Shown piece by piece: positions 8,540 through 19,649 of a stretch of DNA of 19,649 bases (positions are counted from its first letter, which is position 1; each line of letters starts with the position of its first letter). Made by a program: the position numbers and the translations under genes. Below the pieces are notes generated by a model. The model saw only the letters and a program-made list of their open reading frames with translations. It ran no database searches and was not told where the DNA came from. Source of the DNA: Octopus sinensis (taxonomy: Eukaryota); assembly GCF_006345805.1 (NCBI RefSeq), contig NW_021824189.1:1-19649 (forward strand), in the 5' to 3' direction.

Positions 8540-8901
8540 TTAAACAAATATTTATGACTACCACCATCAGTCATAAATTTGATCAGTGCTATTTCGAGGT
8601 GGACTTAAGTCTTGACAATAAATAAATAATTAATTCAGCTGACCAATAGCTTCATGTCTATTGCAAAGAAAATTGGCTTCATGCCCTGATATGAGGAAAA
8701 AAAAATCATTAGAATGTGCCAAGTCTGCTAGTGAGATCATTTTAGAGCTGGACGATGCCTTCCAGGAAGTCGATTATGGCACCAAGCAGTATTGGCTTTC
8801 TTGGAGAAGAAGGAGAGTGACTGCATAACTTTTTAAATGGACAGAGTACCATCCACAGTTTGAAACAGTAAATGGTGCTCTTTCAAGAGATGTAATAACT
8901 T

Positions 8902-8978
8902 TTGCCCATGGCGCCATGCAGTGGGACTGAAGCCAGAACCATCTGGTTAGGAAACAAGTTTCTGACCACACAGCCACA
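8902..8978 (-). mobile_element. Old family A head fragment
   Basis: ttgccc..cagtgggactgaa..accacacagccac. Confidence 0.65.
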
Positions 8979-8980
8979 CT

Positions 8981-9011
<31 letters not shown>

Positions 9012-9014
9012 ACA

Positions 9015-9419
9015 TACTCTTTTACTCTTTTACTCGTTTCAGTCATTTGACTGCGGCCATGCCAGAGCACCGCCTTTAGTCGAGCAAATCGACCCCGGGA
9101 CTTATTCTTTGTAAGCCCAGTACTTATTCTATCGGTCTCTTTTGCCGAACTGCTAAGTTACGGGGACATAAACACACCAGCATCGGTTGTCAAGCAATGC
9201 TAGGGGAACAAACACAGACACACAAACACGTACACACACACATTTATATATACATATATACGACAGGCTTCTTTCAGTTTCCGTCTACCAAATCCACTCA
9301 CAAGGTATTGGTCAGCCCGGGGCTATAGCAGAAGACACTTGCCCAAGATGCCACGCAGTGGGACTGAACCCAGAACCATGTGGTTGGTTAGCAAGCTACT
9401 TACCACACATCCACTCCTG
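9015..9419 (-). mobile_element. Family A SINE, full length
   Basis: Near-identical to 12157-12571. Confidence 0.9.
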
Positions 9420-9604
9420 TGTGCACTTTATATAATCACCATTATCATATATTTAACATCTGCAATAATCCTAGGACAACCAGGCCTTCTGAAACAGATT
9501 TGGTGAACTGAAAGTGAAATGAAAAACATCACATCACCATCAATTATGGTTTTAACTACCATTTCTCCAGGTTTGCAGGAATCAAAACCACAATTTTATG
9601 ATCA

Positions 9605-9968
9605 AAGCAAACTCGATGAACATTAATGGAATTTGTAGTTTTGTGGTGCCGGTGGCACATACGAAGACCATCCGAATGTGGCCGTAGCCAGTACCGCATT
9701 GATTGGCCTCCGTGCCGGTGGCACGTAAAAAACACCATCCGAGCGTGGCCGTTCGCCAGCCTCGTCTGGCACCTGTGTCAGTGGCACATAAAATCACCCA
9801 CTACACTCTCGGAGTGGTTGGCATTAGGAAGGGCATCCAGCTGTAGAAACACTGCCAGATCTGACTGGCCTGGTGCAGCCTTCTGGCTTCCCAGACCCCA
9901 GTTGAACCGTCCAACCCATGCTAGCATGGAAAGCGGACGTTAAACGATGATGAGGATGATGATGATGA
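9605..9968 (+). mobile_element. Family C repeat, sense orientation, (GAT)n tail
   Basis: Repeated gtgccggtggcac units, ggttggcattaggaagggcatccagctgtagaaac, ending gacgttaaacgatgatga. Confidence 0.85.
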
Positions 9969-10006
9969 ACCTAACACCCTAACCACGAAGCCATTTACCT
10001 TTACCC

Positions 10007-10224
10007 CAGTGCTTTTCAAACTTTTTGCTGGAGCAGAACCCCAAGGAAACATTCCACTGGCTTGAGGAACCCCTGTGCAATAATTCAATAGTCTTATGCA
10101 CACATATCTGCACAGGAGAATTAAAAATTACTGCCGTCATTAGCAGTTTTGTAACTTCTTGCGGAACCCTGGACTGTACTGGCAGAACCCTAAGGTTCCG
10201 CGGAACCCTGGTTGAAAACCACTG
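10007..10224. mobile_element. hAT (Charlie-like) MITE, 218 bp
   Basis: TIRs cagtgcttttcaa / ttgaaaaccactg. Degenerate 8-bp TSD ctttaccc / ctctacac with central TA. Repeated subterminal ggaaccc motifs. Confidence 0.85.
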
Positions 10225-10477
10225 CTCTACACACACACTCACATCTTTTTATATTTTACTTGTTATATATATACATATACACATATATATACTGGGGCAC
10301 AGCCTTGAAGTTTTTAATTATCATGAGAGTTTAATGTAATAGATTTCTATGGCCAAATGCCAGTCTTGTCCCTTACCCACACTTGTAGCAAAATAAGCTA
10401 TTATTTCCCCTTGGTTGGACATGTTTTCACAGACAGCTGGAAACAAGTTAGACCACCAATACAATTATAACATTGGT

Positions 10478-10846
10478 TCATCATCATCATCATCATGTAA
10501 CGTCTTCCTTCCATGCTGGCATGGCTTGGACGGTTTGACAGAAGCTGACCAGACAGGAACCTGTACCAGACTTCTGTCTGTTTTGGCATGGTTTTCTTAC
10601 AGCTGGATGCCCTTCCTAGTGCCAACCACTCCACAGAGTGGGCTGAGTGCTTTTTACGTGGCACAAACGCAGGCGAGGTTAGCTTTGGTGTGGTTTTTAC
10701 AGCTGAATGCCCTTCCAAGTGCCTACCACTCCACAGAGTGGGTTGAGTGCTTTTTACGAGGCACAAACACAGGTGAGGTCAGTTTTGGTGTGGTTTTTAC
10801 AGCTCGATGCCCTTTCAGATGCCAACCACTTTACAGTGAGGACTGG
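10478..10846 (-). mobile_element. Family C variant with 100-bp internal tandem repeat
   Basis: (CAT)n tail; acagct..atgccctt recurs at 10599, 10699 and 10799. Confidence 0.8.
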
Positions 10847-10884
10847 AAGGAAATACATGGCATAGGAGAGCTGGTTCTTTTGGT

Positions 10885-10966
10885 GGTCAGCATGGCTTAG
10901 TGGTCTGAAACACAGAACTCGCAACACAAGATCACAAACAGAATGACCCAGGTTCAAATCCTGCTG
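10885..10966 (+). mobile_element. Degenerate tRNA-like (SINE) head
   Basis: A box tggcttagtgg and B box ggttcaaatcc, but no intact cloverleaf. Confidence 0.45.
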
Positions 10967-11193
10967 GAGACACAATTTTGGAAAGCAGTAGGAGGACACC
11001 TGAGAGTCATGACCTAGTGTCAGGAATATGGGCTGAAACACTTGTTGGATGAGGGTTCTTCCTATCAAGATCTCTCTGCCTTGAAGCAGGTTTCTGATAT
11101 TTATTTTTCTGACACTCGGCATTCCCTTACAATTAGTGTGTGACACAAAGACAACATCACAGACCCAAATACATACAACGTAATTTCATATTT

Positions 11194-11339
11194 AGGCACA
11201 GGCGTGACTGTATGGTTAGGAGTCTGCTGCCCGACCACAGGGTTCCAAGTTCAATCCCACTGCATGGCACCTTAGGCAAGTGTCTGACCAAAGCCTTGTG
11301 AGTGGATTTGGTAGACAGAAACTGAAAAAGAAGCCCATC

Positions 11340-11370
<31 letters not shown>

Positions 11371-11574
11371 TGTATGTATGTATGTATGTATGTGTGTGAG
11401 TGTGTGTGTGTACCTTTTCTGTCCCCCCCCACCACTTAACAATAGCTGTTAGTGTGTTTATGTCCCCTTAATAAATACCAGGCTTAAAAGTACTGGGGTC
11501 AATATGTTCAACTAAAAAATTCCTCAAGGTGGTGCCCCAGTATGGCCACAGACTGAAGCAAGTAAAAGATAAAA
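11194..11574 (+). mobile_element. Old-type family A SINE with internal (TATG)n
   Basis: Head, ccttaggcaagtgtct, gtggatttggtagacagaaactga and 3' tail are present, with deletions. Confidence 0.8.
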
Positions 11575-11595
11575 TATATATATATATATATAGCT

Positions 11596-11989
11596 GCAGG
11601 AGTGGCTGTGTGGCAGATAGCTTGCTTACGAACCATATGGTTTCAGGTTCAGTCAAACTGCATGGCATCTTGGGCAAGTGTCTTCTACTATAGCCTTGGG
11701 CCGACCAAAGCCTTGTGAGTGGATTTGGTAGACGGAAACTGAAAGAAGCCTGTCATATATATGTATATATATATATATGTGCGTGTGTGTGTCTGTTTGT
11801 TCCCCTAGCATTGCTTGACAACCGATGCTGGTGTGTTTATGTCCCCGTTACTTAGCGGTTCGGCAAAAGAGACCAATAGAATAAGTACTGGGCTTACAAA
11901 AGAATAAGTCCCGGGGTCGAGTTGCTCGATTAAAGGCAGTGCTCCATCATGGCCGCAAGTCAAATGACTGAAACAAGTAAAAAAAAAAA
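11596..11989 (+). mobile_element. Family A SINE, full length
   Basis: A and B boxes at 11603 and 11646; cttgggcaagtgtctt (CORE-like, by recollection); 3' stem-loop and A-rich tail. Confidence 0.9.
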
Positions 11990-12156
11990 CAAAACATATT
12001 GACACAGAATCATAAAGTCCTGAATATGACTCTCTATAACTGCATCCATTCAATAGGGGTGGTCCTTTATTTCTAACAATATTGCTGTTTACCCTTTTTC
12101 TTCTCATACATGGTTTATTCACATACAACAGACTTCTACACACCTTACTCTCTCTC

Positions 12157-12571
12157 TTTTTTTTTTTTTTTTTTTTACTCGTTTCAGTCATTTGACTGCG
12201 GCCATGCTGGAGCACCGCCTTTAGTCGAGCAAATCGACCCCGGGACTTATTCTTTTTGTAAGCCCAGTACTTATTCTATCGGTCTCTTTTGCCGAACCGC
12301 TAAGTGACGGGGACGTAAACACACCAGCATCGGTTGTCAAGCAATGCTAGGGGAACAAACACAGACACACAAACATATTCACACACACTTATATATATAT
12401 ATACATATATACGACAGGCTTCTTTCAGTTTCCGTCTACCAAATCCACTCACAAGGTATTGGTCGGCCCGGGGCTATAGCAGAAGACACTTGCCTAAGAT
12501 GCCACGCAGTGGGACTGAACCCGGAACCATGTGGTTGGTTAGCAAGCTACTTACCACACAGCCACTCCTGC
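12157..12571 (-). mobile_element. Family A SINE, full length
   Basis: Inverted relative to 11596-11989. Confidence 0.9.
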
Positions 12572-12993
12572 TTCTGTCTAACAAATACAAAAGACGGTAG
12601 GTCAGCTTATTAGATCTATAATAGTATACTAAAATTACAATAAACTAGGCCAGTTATAATTGATTCTTCTCCTAAACAAAAAAGTCTCAAAGCTTCTGGA
12701 ATGCACCTTATAGTAACATCAGTGGGGAAAATCCCTCGTGGGGTGTGCGGGTGGCGTGTTGTGCATATTGAATACATGTGCAGTGGATTTCTCATATTTA
12801 ATGTAAAGGATTGCACTAAGTCGATCATCTGAGATTATCCGCCGGATTAGTGGTCAGGAAATCACTCTAGTGGTGCAGAAAATCTTACCAAAAATAATTT
12901 GCAAGTAAGGGAGATAATTCCAATAAGCTACGCTGATTGACATAAGTATATGTGAGTGTATGTGTGTGTATATGTACACACACTGTGTGTACG

Positions 12994-13038
<45 letters not shown>

Positions 13039-13182
13039 TATATATATGTGTGTGTGTGTACACACATACATGTATACATATGCTTTTATATATATATATA
13101 TATATAACCGGAGTAAACACATAAATGTGAAACAAAGTGGAAAAAAGAGTACCCAAATACCAGGGGTAGAGTAATATGCTTA

Positions 13183-13227
13183 ATTTAAAAGCAGCAGAAA
13201 TTCAGTTGAATTCTACTGCTTTTAAAT
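13183..13227. repeat. Fold-back inverted repeat ending a repeat fragment (13106-13230)
   Basis: atttaaaagcagcagaaattca-gt-tgaattctactgcttttaaat. Confidence 0.8.
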
Positions 13228-13281
13228 AAACTGTATATATATATATATATTATATATATATATATATATTATATATATATG

Positions 13282-13443
13282 TTTCTTTATTACCCACAAG
13301 GGGCTAAACATAGAGGGGACAAACGAATTAAGTCGATTACATCGACCCCAGTGCGTAACTGGTACTTAATTTATCGACCCCGAAAGGATGAAAGGCAAAG
13401 TCGACCTCGGCGGAATTTGAACTCAGAACGTAACGGCAGACGA
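13282..13443 (-). mobile_element. Family B SINE lacking the first half of the head
   Basis: Near-consensus B body; the 5' end falls at tcgtctgccgttacg. Confidence 0.85.
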
Positions 13444-14022
13444 TGACACACACCACAATTGTGTCCATAGAGTGACACTTGTCGGTAGAAGACGAACTTA
13501 AATATAATACAACTCTCCTATTCGCGTGTCAGTATGTGTGTGTATACATACATATATATTGTCGTTGCAGCGACACGTGTGATATACAACTGAATGACTT
13601 TCCCACGCAAGGTAAACCCACCTACATAATCACACGCAATCGGATGCATATACGGACACATATTTCCACACACAGAACAACACACATTCGGCTATGTGTG
13701 TATGTCTGTGCGTGCGTCAATATATGTATACATATGTGTGTGTGGTAGTGTGCGTACGTGCGTCATATCATACGTTCATTCACAAAAATTCATCTACGTA
13801 TAAATTCTCCATACGGTAACATCGACGTACGCACGTCTGTTTATGTGTGTATATATATATATAAATATATACAAAAATGTATATATATATATTATATATA
13901 TATATATATAATATATATATATATATACATACACACATATGCTTAAACATATACACACTGCATAGACTACAGACACATGTGGTGTAGATATATAGAGATA
14001 TACATATATATACACTCACAAA

Positions 14023-14067
<45 letters not shown>

Positions 14068-14071
<4 letters not shown>

Positions 14072-14224
14072 CTTTATTGCCCACAAGGGGTTAAACACAG
14101 AGAGGACAAACAAGGACAGACAAAGGGATTAAGTCGATTGCATCGACCCCAGTGCGTAACTGGTACTTTATTTATCGACCCTGAAAGGATGAGAGGCAAA
14201 GTCGACCTCGGCGAAATTTGAACT
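14068..14224 (-). mobile_element. 5'-truncated family B SINE inside (TA)n
   Basis: B body flanked on both sides by (TA)n. Confidence 0.85.
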
Positions 14225-14529
14225 GTATATATATATATATATATATACACACACCTGTATAGAGAGAGACACACTATGTATATATATATATATATATATA
14301 TATACATACATATATACACACACACAATGTGCATTAGAATACAAACGGTATACATTAATACACTTATATATATATATGTGTGTGTGTGTGCATACTATAC
14401 ATATACTCACACTCAGACACAATATATATATATATATATATACACATACAAAGACAAACAGTAGCTACGAAAACGCCGTAATGTCGCACCTGCTGGTTTT
14501 CGAGCCAACGCTGAACGAAGCCGTTACTA

Positions 14530-14750
14530 AGTGGTCGTTCGCGTTACTAGAAATAGCAGCCAAATCTCTATTGAATTTCACCCTGCTGCAATCTTTAAAA
14601 GGGGAGAGAGGGAGCATGATCCGTATTATACAATTTTCGTCCTAGATACTACAGACCCACGGCCCTCCAAAAAAACATGATGGTCGTGGTTGGTATGATT
14701 TTGATCATTGCGTCTGCTCGATCACATCATGCCTGTGGTTAAACACCAAC
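14530..14750 (+). mobile_element. Old family G repeat, 3' part
   Basis: gtggtcg..ctagaaatagcagccaaatct..gctcg..taaacaccaac is shared with 17690-17822. Confidence 0.5.
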
Positions 14751-15008
14751 CTGTTGGCTTTTTAAATACGCAGGCTTCATAACGTCAAACTGCCGAAAAC
14801 CGGAGTTAGAGAATCAGTGATCTGTGTGTGTGTATATATATATACATCACTGTTTATGTAGCATTGCGATATGTATATACATCGTTAGAAGAGTGTATAT
14901 AAATTATCAGAGAGAAAGAAAAAATTAGGTGTGTCTAGGTATAGAATAAGCCAAAAATCGGAGAGTGTTGATAAATAGATACATACATACGTACATATAC
15001 ACACATGT

Positions 15009-15061
<53 letters not shown>

Positions 15062-15698
15062 GTGGGGCTAGAAAGAGCAGTAAGCACATTGAAGGAACAG
15101 AGGTATGGATAGAAAGAAGGATGGCAAAAAGGTCTTCAGAATTAACACAGCAATAAACAAAATGAACAACAATATATAAAAACATGTAAAAGAATAACAG
15201 CAAACATTTTCATTATATATAGACTGCAACATACATATATATACTACAAAAGGTTCAATACTTTGATGCGTTATATACACACGTGTATCTATAATGCGTC
15301 GGTATAGACACATAAAATATGTGTTATGTGTGTGTGTATGTATAAAGTTTTATATAAATGTACATTTTATGCTATATACACGTGTATCTATAACGCACCT
15401 GTACGTGTTGCATAAATGTGTGCGATTTGTGAATGAATACACACACACGAACAAGCAAACGTGTGTCTATATACCAGCTGTATTCAATGTATGGAGAGAA
15501 AGAGACTTAGACAAGCACAGAAAGAAAGACAATATATATACATTTATATGCATGTACATATGAACATTTTTATATACACAAAACATCCATAGATAGATAG
15601 ATTGATAGACAAATGACAGATCATGTACGTATATATAAAAGTATGTACACATACGTACGTACATACATGTATGCAGACGTGTGTGTATGTATGTATGT

Positions 15699-15743
<45 letters not shown>

Positions 15744-15962
15744 TAATGTTTTAAATATATATATATAAAATACAAAATGGGACAAGAACGCAAAACACTC
15801 AAATAGACGACACAAAAAACGGACGGGTCATTCGAACCTCTAATCTTAGTCAAGAACCGGATCATCCTCGCAATTTCGACCATACATATCCGAATTTATC
15901 AAAAGGCAGGGCAAATAAGAGAGAGAGGAATAGAATAAAAAAGGCCAAGAAATGGCTAATTT

Positions 15963-15968
15963 ACTTAC
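15963..15968 (-). promoter_or_regulatory. 5' splice donor GTAAGT
   Basis: Perfect G|GTAAGT exactly where the protein similarity ends. Confidence 0.85.
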
Positions 15969-16023
15969 CAAAACAATATGCCCAGTCGATATATCCATAT
16001 TCGACGAAACAGGTTCCTCGCTC
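15969..16023 (-). CDS. PTPRN: Internal 55-bp coding exon of an IA-2/PTPRN-family receptor-type protein tyrosine phosphatase
   Basis: Minus strand reads ttgtgttaccatcttccag|G AGC GAG GAA CCT GTT TCG TCG AAT ATG GAT ATA TCG ACT GGG CAT ATT GTT TTG|gtaagt, i.e. (W)SEEPVSSNMDISTGHIVL. This matches recalled PTPRN2 WSEEPVQSNMDISTGHMIL. Phase-2 acceptor and phase-0 donor; probably co-orthologous to PTPRN and PTPRN2. Confidence 0.88.
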
Positions 16024-16045
16024 CTGGAAGATGGTAACACAACAA
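16024..16045 (-). promoter_or_regulatory. 3' splice acceptor
   Basis: Pyrimidine-rich ttgttgtgttaccatcttccAG immediately before the conserved codons. Confidence 0.8.
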
Positions 16046-16445
16046 TTTCAGTAGAATTTAAAGGTTGTAACATTCTCTCCATGTCTTTTAATTATATATA
16101 CACCTATATACATACATTGACAACAGACAGACAGACACACATGTATATGTATATATCTATATACACCTTCAACGCACTCGACTTTTCGTCTAAATTACAT
16201 ATACATATATATATAATGTGTGTATATAAATCTAGTACTGGTGTGTTGTTATTTTCGTTCACTATAGAAACTTAGATCATTTATGTTGTTGTTGTTTGGT
16301 GGTGGTAGTGTGAAGATGGTGGGGGTTGAGGCGGTGATCTTTGTGTTACACGACATACTTTTCACTAGTATTGTTGTTGTTGTTGTTGTGATTGTTAATG
16401 GTGGTTGTCGCTATTGTGCAGTTTTTTCCTCTTACCATCTTGCCT

Positions 16446-17046
16446 CTGTGTGTGTATGTAGTTTCGTATATGTATGTATGTATGTTTGTGTGTGCGTGTG
16501 TGTGTATGTATGTATGTATGTGTGTATATATGTATGTATGTATGTATGTTCGTATGTATGTTCGTATGTATGTATGTACGTATGTATGTATGTTGTATGT
16601 GTACGTATATGTGTGTATATATATAGTATATATATATATTATATATATAATATGTGTGTGTGTGTGAGTGTGTGTATGTATATATTTGTGTGTATATATA
16701 ATATGAGTGTCTGTATGTTGAGTGTGTGTATGTATAGGTGTGTGTATGTATATATATATATGTGTGTGTGTATGTATATATTGTGTGTGTATATATATAT
16801 ATATATATGTGTGTGTGTATGTATATATTTGTGTGTATGTATGTGTACTCTTCAGTGTATGTATGTATATGTGTATTTGAGTGTGTCTATCTAAGAGTAC
16901 ACTTACATAAATGTTATATATGAGCATGTATATCTATATGTGTAAATGTATGTATATATATGTGTGTGTTTCTGTGTACGTATGTATTTGTATACAAGAG
17001 TAATTATTTATGTGTGTATATATATATATGTGTGTGTGTGTGTGTG
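16446..17046. repeat. Compound (TG)/(TA)/(TATG) microsatellite field
   Basis: Directly visible. Confidence 0.9.
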
Positions 17047-17112
17047 CTAAATGATATATAATTGGTGCGGTTTATTTAAAAAGTAATTAAAACACCATAT
17101 AATGCAATATAA

Positions 17113-17505
<393 letters not shown>

Positions 17506-17689
17506 ATTCACATACATACATATTTCCTTCTCTCTTTATGCGACAGAGGAATACCAGACAAATCTTCCAACATTCCCGCTCTCTTTCTCTCACTCTTTCA
17601 CCCTCTCTCTTTCTCTTTCTCTCTCTGCTCCTCTTGTACTCTTTCTCTGCGACAGGCAGCAAAACGCCAGCCACCGACTCCAGCCTCAA

Positions 17690-17822
17690 CGTGGTCGATA
17701 GACCGGCTAAAAATACCAGCCATATTTCATTCACATTACACCCGGTATGATCACGGCTGAGACGCACTCTATCAAACAGTTTGCTCGTTGGTGGTTGACC
17801 TGGGGCTAAACACCAACAACAA
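17690..17822 (+). mobile_element. Old family G repeat, 3' part with (CAA)n tail
   Basis: gtggtcgatagaccggctaaaaataccagcca..gacctggggctaaacaccaacaacaa. Confidence 0.5.
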
Positions 17823-18090
17823 GAGCAAAAAGAACAACACTTTTTCTGTAGTTCCCTCCCACCCCCGTGTCTGTGTATGCGTGAATGAGCACATTGTGTA
17901 AACGTGCGTGTATATATGTATATTAATATAATATAATATTATATATATATAATATATATATATAATTTTAAAATAGGATAAAAATCTTCATAAGAATTAG
18001 AAAGTAGTTAGCGTGAAACCCATAAGAGAACAAATCTGTGAATTTTTCCCTTGAATATATTTATTTATATTATGTATATACGTGTGCTCG

Positions 18091-18136
18091 CAGCATGGCC
18101 GCAGTCAAATGACTGAAACGAGTAAAAGAGTAGAGT
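18091..18136 (+). mobile_element. Family A 3'-terminal fragment
   Basis: cagcatggccgcagtcaaatgactgaaacgagtaaaagagta. Confidence 0.8.
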
Positions 18137-18181
18137 ATAGAGGGCATATATATATAAATATATGTGTGTGTATGTTATATA

Positions 18182-18537
18182 TACTCTTTTCTTTACTCTT
18201 TTACTTGTTTCAGTCATTTGACTGCGGCCATGCTTGGAGCACCGTCAGTACTTATTCTACCGGTCTCTTTTGCCGACCCGCTAGGTGACGGGGACGTAAA
18301 CACACCAGCATCGGTTGTCAAGCAATGCTAGGGGGACAAACACAGAACACAAACACATACACACACGCATATATATACATATATACGACGGGCTTCTTTC
18401 AGTTTCCGTCTACCAAATCCACTCACAAGGCTTTGGTCGGCCCGAGGCTATAGCAGAAGACACTTGCCCAAGATGCCACGCAGTGGGACTGAACCCGGAA
18501 CCATGTGGTTGATTAGCAAGCTACTTACCACACAGCT
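18182..18537 (-). mobile_element. Family A SINE with internal deletion
   Basis: ggagcaccg is joined almost directly to agtacttattct; otherwise near consensus. Confidence 0.9.
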
Positions 18538-18879
18538 AATATATATATATATTATATACATACATACATACATACATACATACATACATACATACATACA
18601 TACATACATACAAATACACAGACACACACACACATATATATATATAACTACTTTTCTCTTTCATTCAGTATCGTTCTTGCGCGTCGCTTTTAATGTCTCA
18701 CGTAAAACTCCGTTAAGATGACCTTATTGCGTGCGTGTGCGCACGCGTATGTGTTTGTGTCTCACACACATCCACATACACAAATACAAACACGCCCACT
18801 GCTCTCCCCTCCCTCACCTTTTTTCCTTCATCTCTCAACGCCAGTCAGTTCAATTTAGCCTGGGTAAATTATTATTATT

Positions 18880-19262
18880 AAGGCGGCGAGCTTGGCAGAA
18901 ACGTTAGCACGCCGGGCGAAATGCGTAGCCGTATTTCGTCTGTCGTTACGTTCTGAGTTCAAATTCCGCTGAGGTCGACTTTGCCTTTCATCCTTTCGGG
19001 GTTGATTAAATAAGTACCAGTTACACACTGGAGTCGTTATAATCGACTTAATCCGTTTGTCTATCCTTGTTTGTCCCCTCTGTGTTTAGCCCCTTGTGGG
19101 TAGTAAAGAAATAGGTATTTCGTCTGCCGTTACGTTCTGAGTTCAAATTCCGCTGAGGTCGACTTTGCCTTTCATCCTTTCGGGGTTGATTAAATAAGTA
19201 CCAGTTACACACTGGAGTCGTTATAATCGACTTAATCCGTTTGTCTGTCCTTGTTTGTCCCC
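18880..19262 (+). mobile_element. Family B SINE followed by a partial tandem copy (184-bp period)
   Basis: gtatttcgtc at 18931 and 19115; preceded by (ATT)n. Confidence 0.9.
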
Positions 19263-19284
19263 CTTTTGGATTTTGTTCATAATA

Positions 19285-19345
19285 GTCCATCTCTGAAGAT
19301 GCTAAAAAGAGGTGAGATTGGTGAGCGTGGTCCAAGTAGATAGAC
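19285..19345 (+). ncRNA. Decayed type I hammerhead-like motif
   Basis: Stem I gtccatct / agatagac (7 of 8 pairs); CUGAAGA at 19293-19299; GAGA in place of GAAA at 19314; stem III ttgg..ccaa. Confidence 0.35.
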
Positions 19346-19649
19346 CCACTTTTTGCATATAAAACCAATAGCCCAGAGAACAACCTGGAGAGAGGTGTAC
19401 TTGTCTATGGTAACCAAAGTAAAACTGGATCTGTGGGATTCTGTTCAGAAAATAAACAGAGTTGTTAAAACAGTAATTAGGATGAGAGCATCACAGTTTA
19501 TCTTGTGGCTCTCTACGATCCAACTCGAAATCCTGTTGTGGTCAGCTTTGCCTTTTATCCTGTTGGGACCCATAAAAAGATGTATCAAAACAGTGGTAGA
19601 TTAGTAGAACAAGCACTCCGTCGGTTATGACAACGAGGGTTGGTTCGAT

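Noticed and set aside
8700-8900. Possible coding exon
   Set aside because: The frames I read on both strands contain stops or give no recognisable PTP motif; splice signals are unconvincing.
15770-15900. Minus-strand hammerhead or Penelope-like remnant next to the exon
   Set aside because: No intact CUGANGA and no convincing stems. It may be a repeat fragment but cannot be supported from this window.
15846-16082. 78-aa ORF MERMLQ.. as a complete gene or first exon
   Set aside because: Only 15969-16023 matches PTPRN and it is bounded by splice sites; the remainder is intron read-through.
16430-16450. Minus-strand ..ATG|GTAAGA as the upstream PTPRN exon donor
   Set aside because: The phase fits, but the preceding codons (TEAR) do not resemble SSTSSW and run into microsatellite.
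19612-19649. Possible SINE 3' tail at the window edge
   Set aside because: Too short, with no second copy in the window to support it.

Overview
This is repeat-dense, AT-rich eukaryotic (animal) genomic DNA. The SINE, LINE and MITE repertoire looks like Octopus or another coleoid cephalopod; that assignment is from recollection, not a search. Only one host coding element is supported: a 55-bp minus-strand exon (15969-16023, [W]SEEPVSSNMDISTGHIVL) with canonical splice sites, matching the segment just before the phosphatase domain of IA-2/PTPRN-family proteins. The rest is therefore probably intron of that gene. It holds several interspersed families (A, B and D with tRNA-like heads; C with a (GAT)n tail; G, old), CR1 and RTE LINE 3' remnants, a non-autonomous Helitron end, a piggyBac-type TTAA MITE, a hAT MITE and long microsatellites. 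Family letters are my working labels. Nearly all ORF-track ORFs are repeat artefacts. The most interesting signals are three type I hammerhead-ribozyme-like motifs (one with an intact core), all antisense to the host gene; a recurrent 184-bp SINE-B unit joined at an identical junction at two loci; long inverted SINE pairs; and several readable chimeric or repair junctions. No clearly new system is demonstrated.
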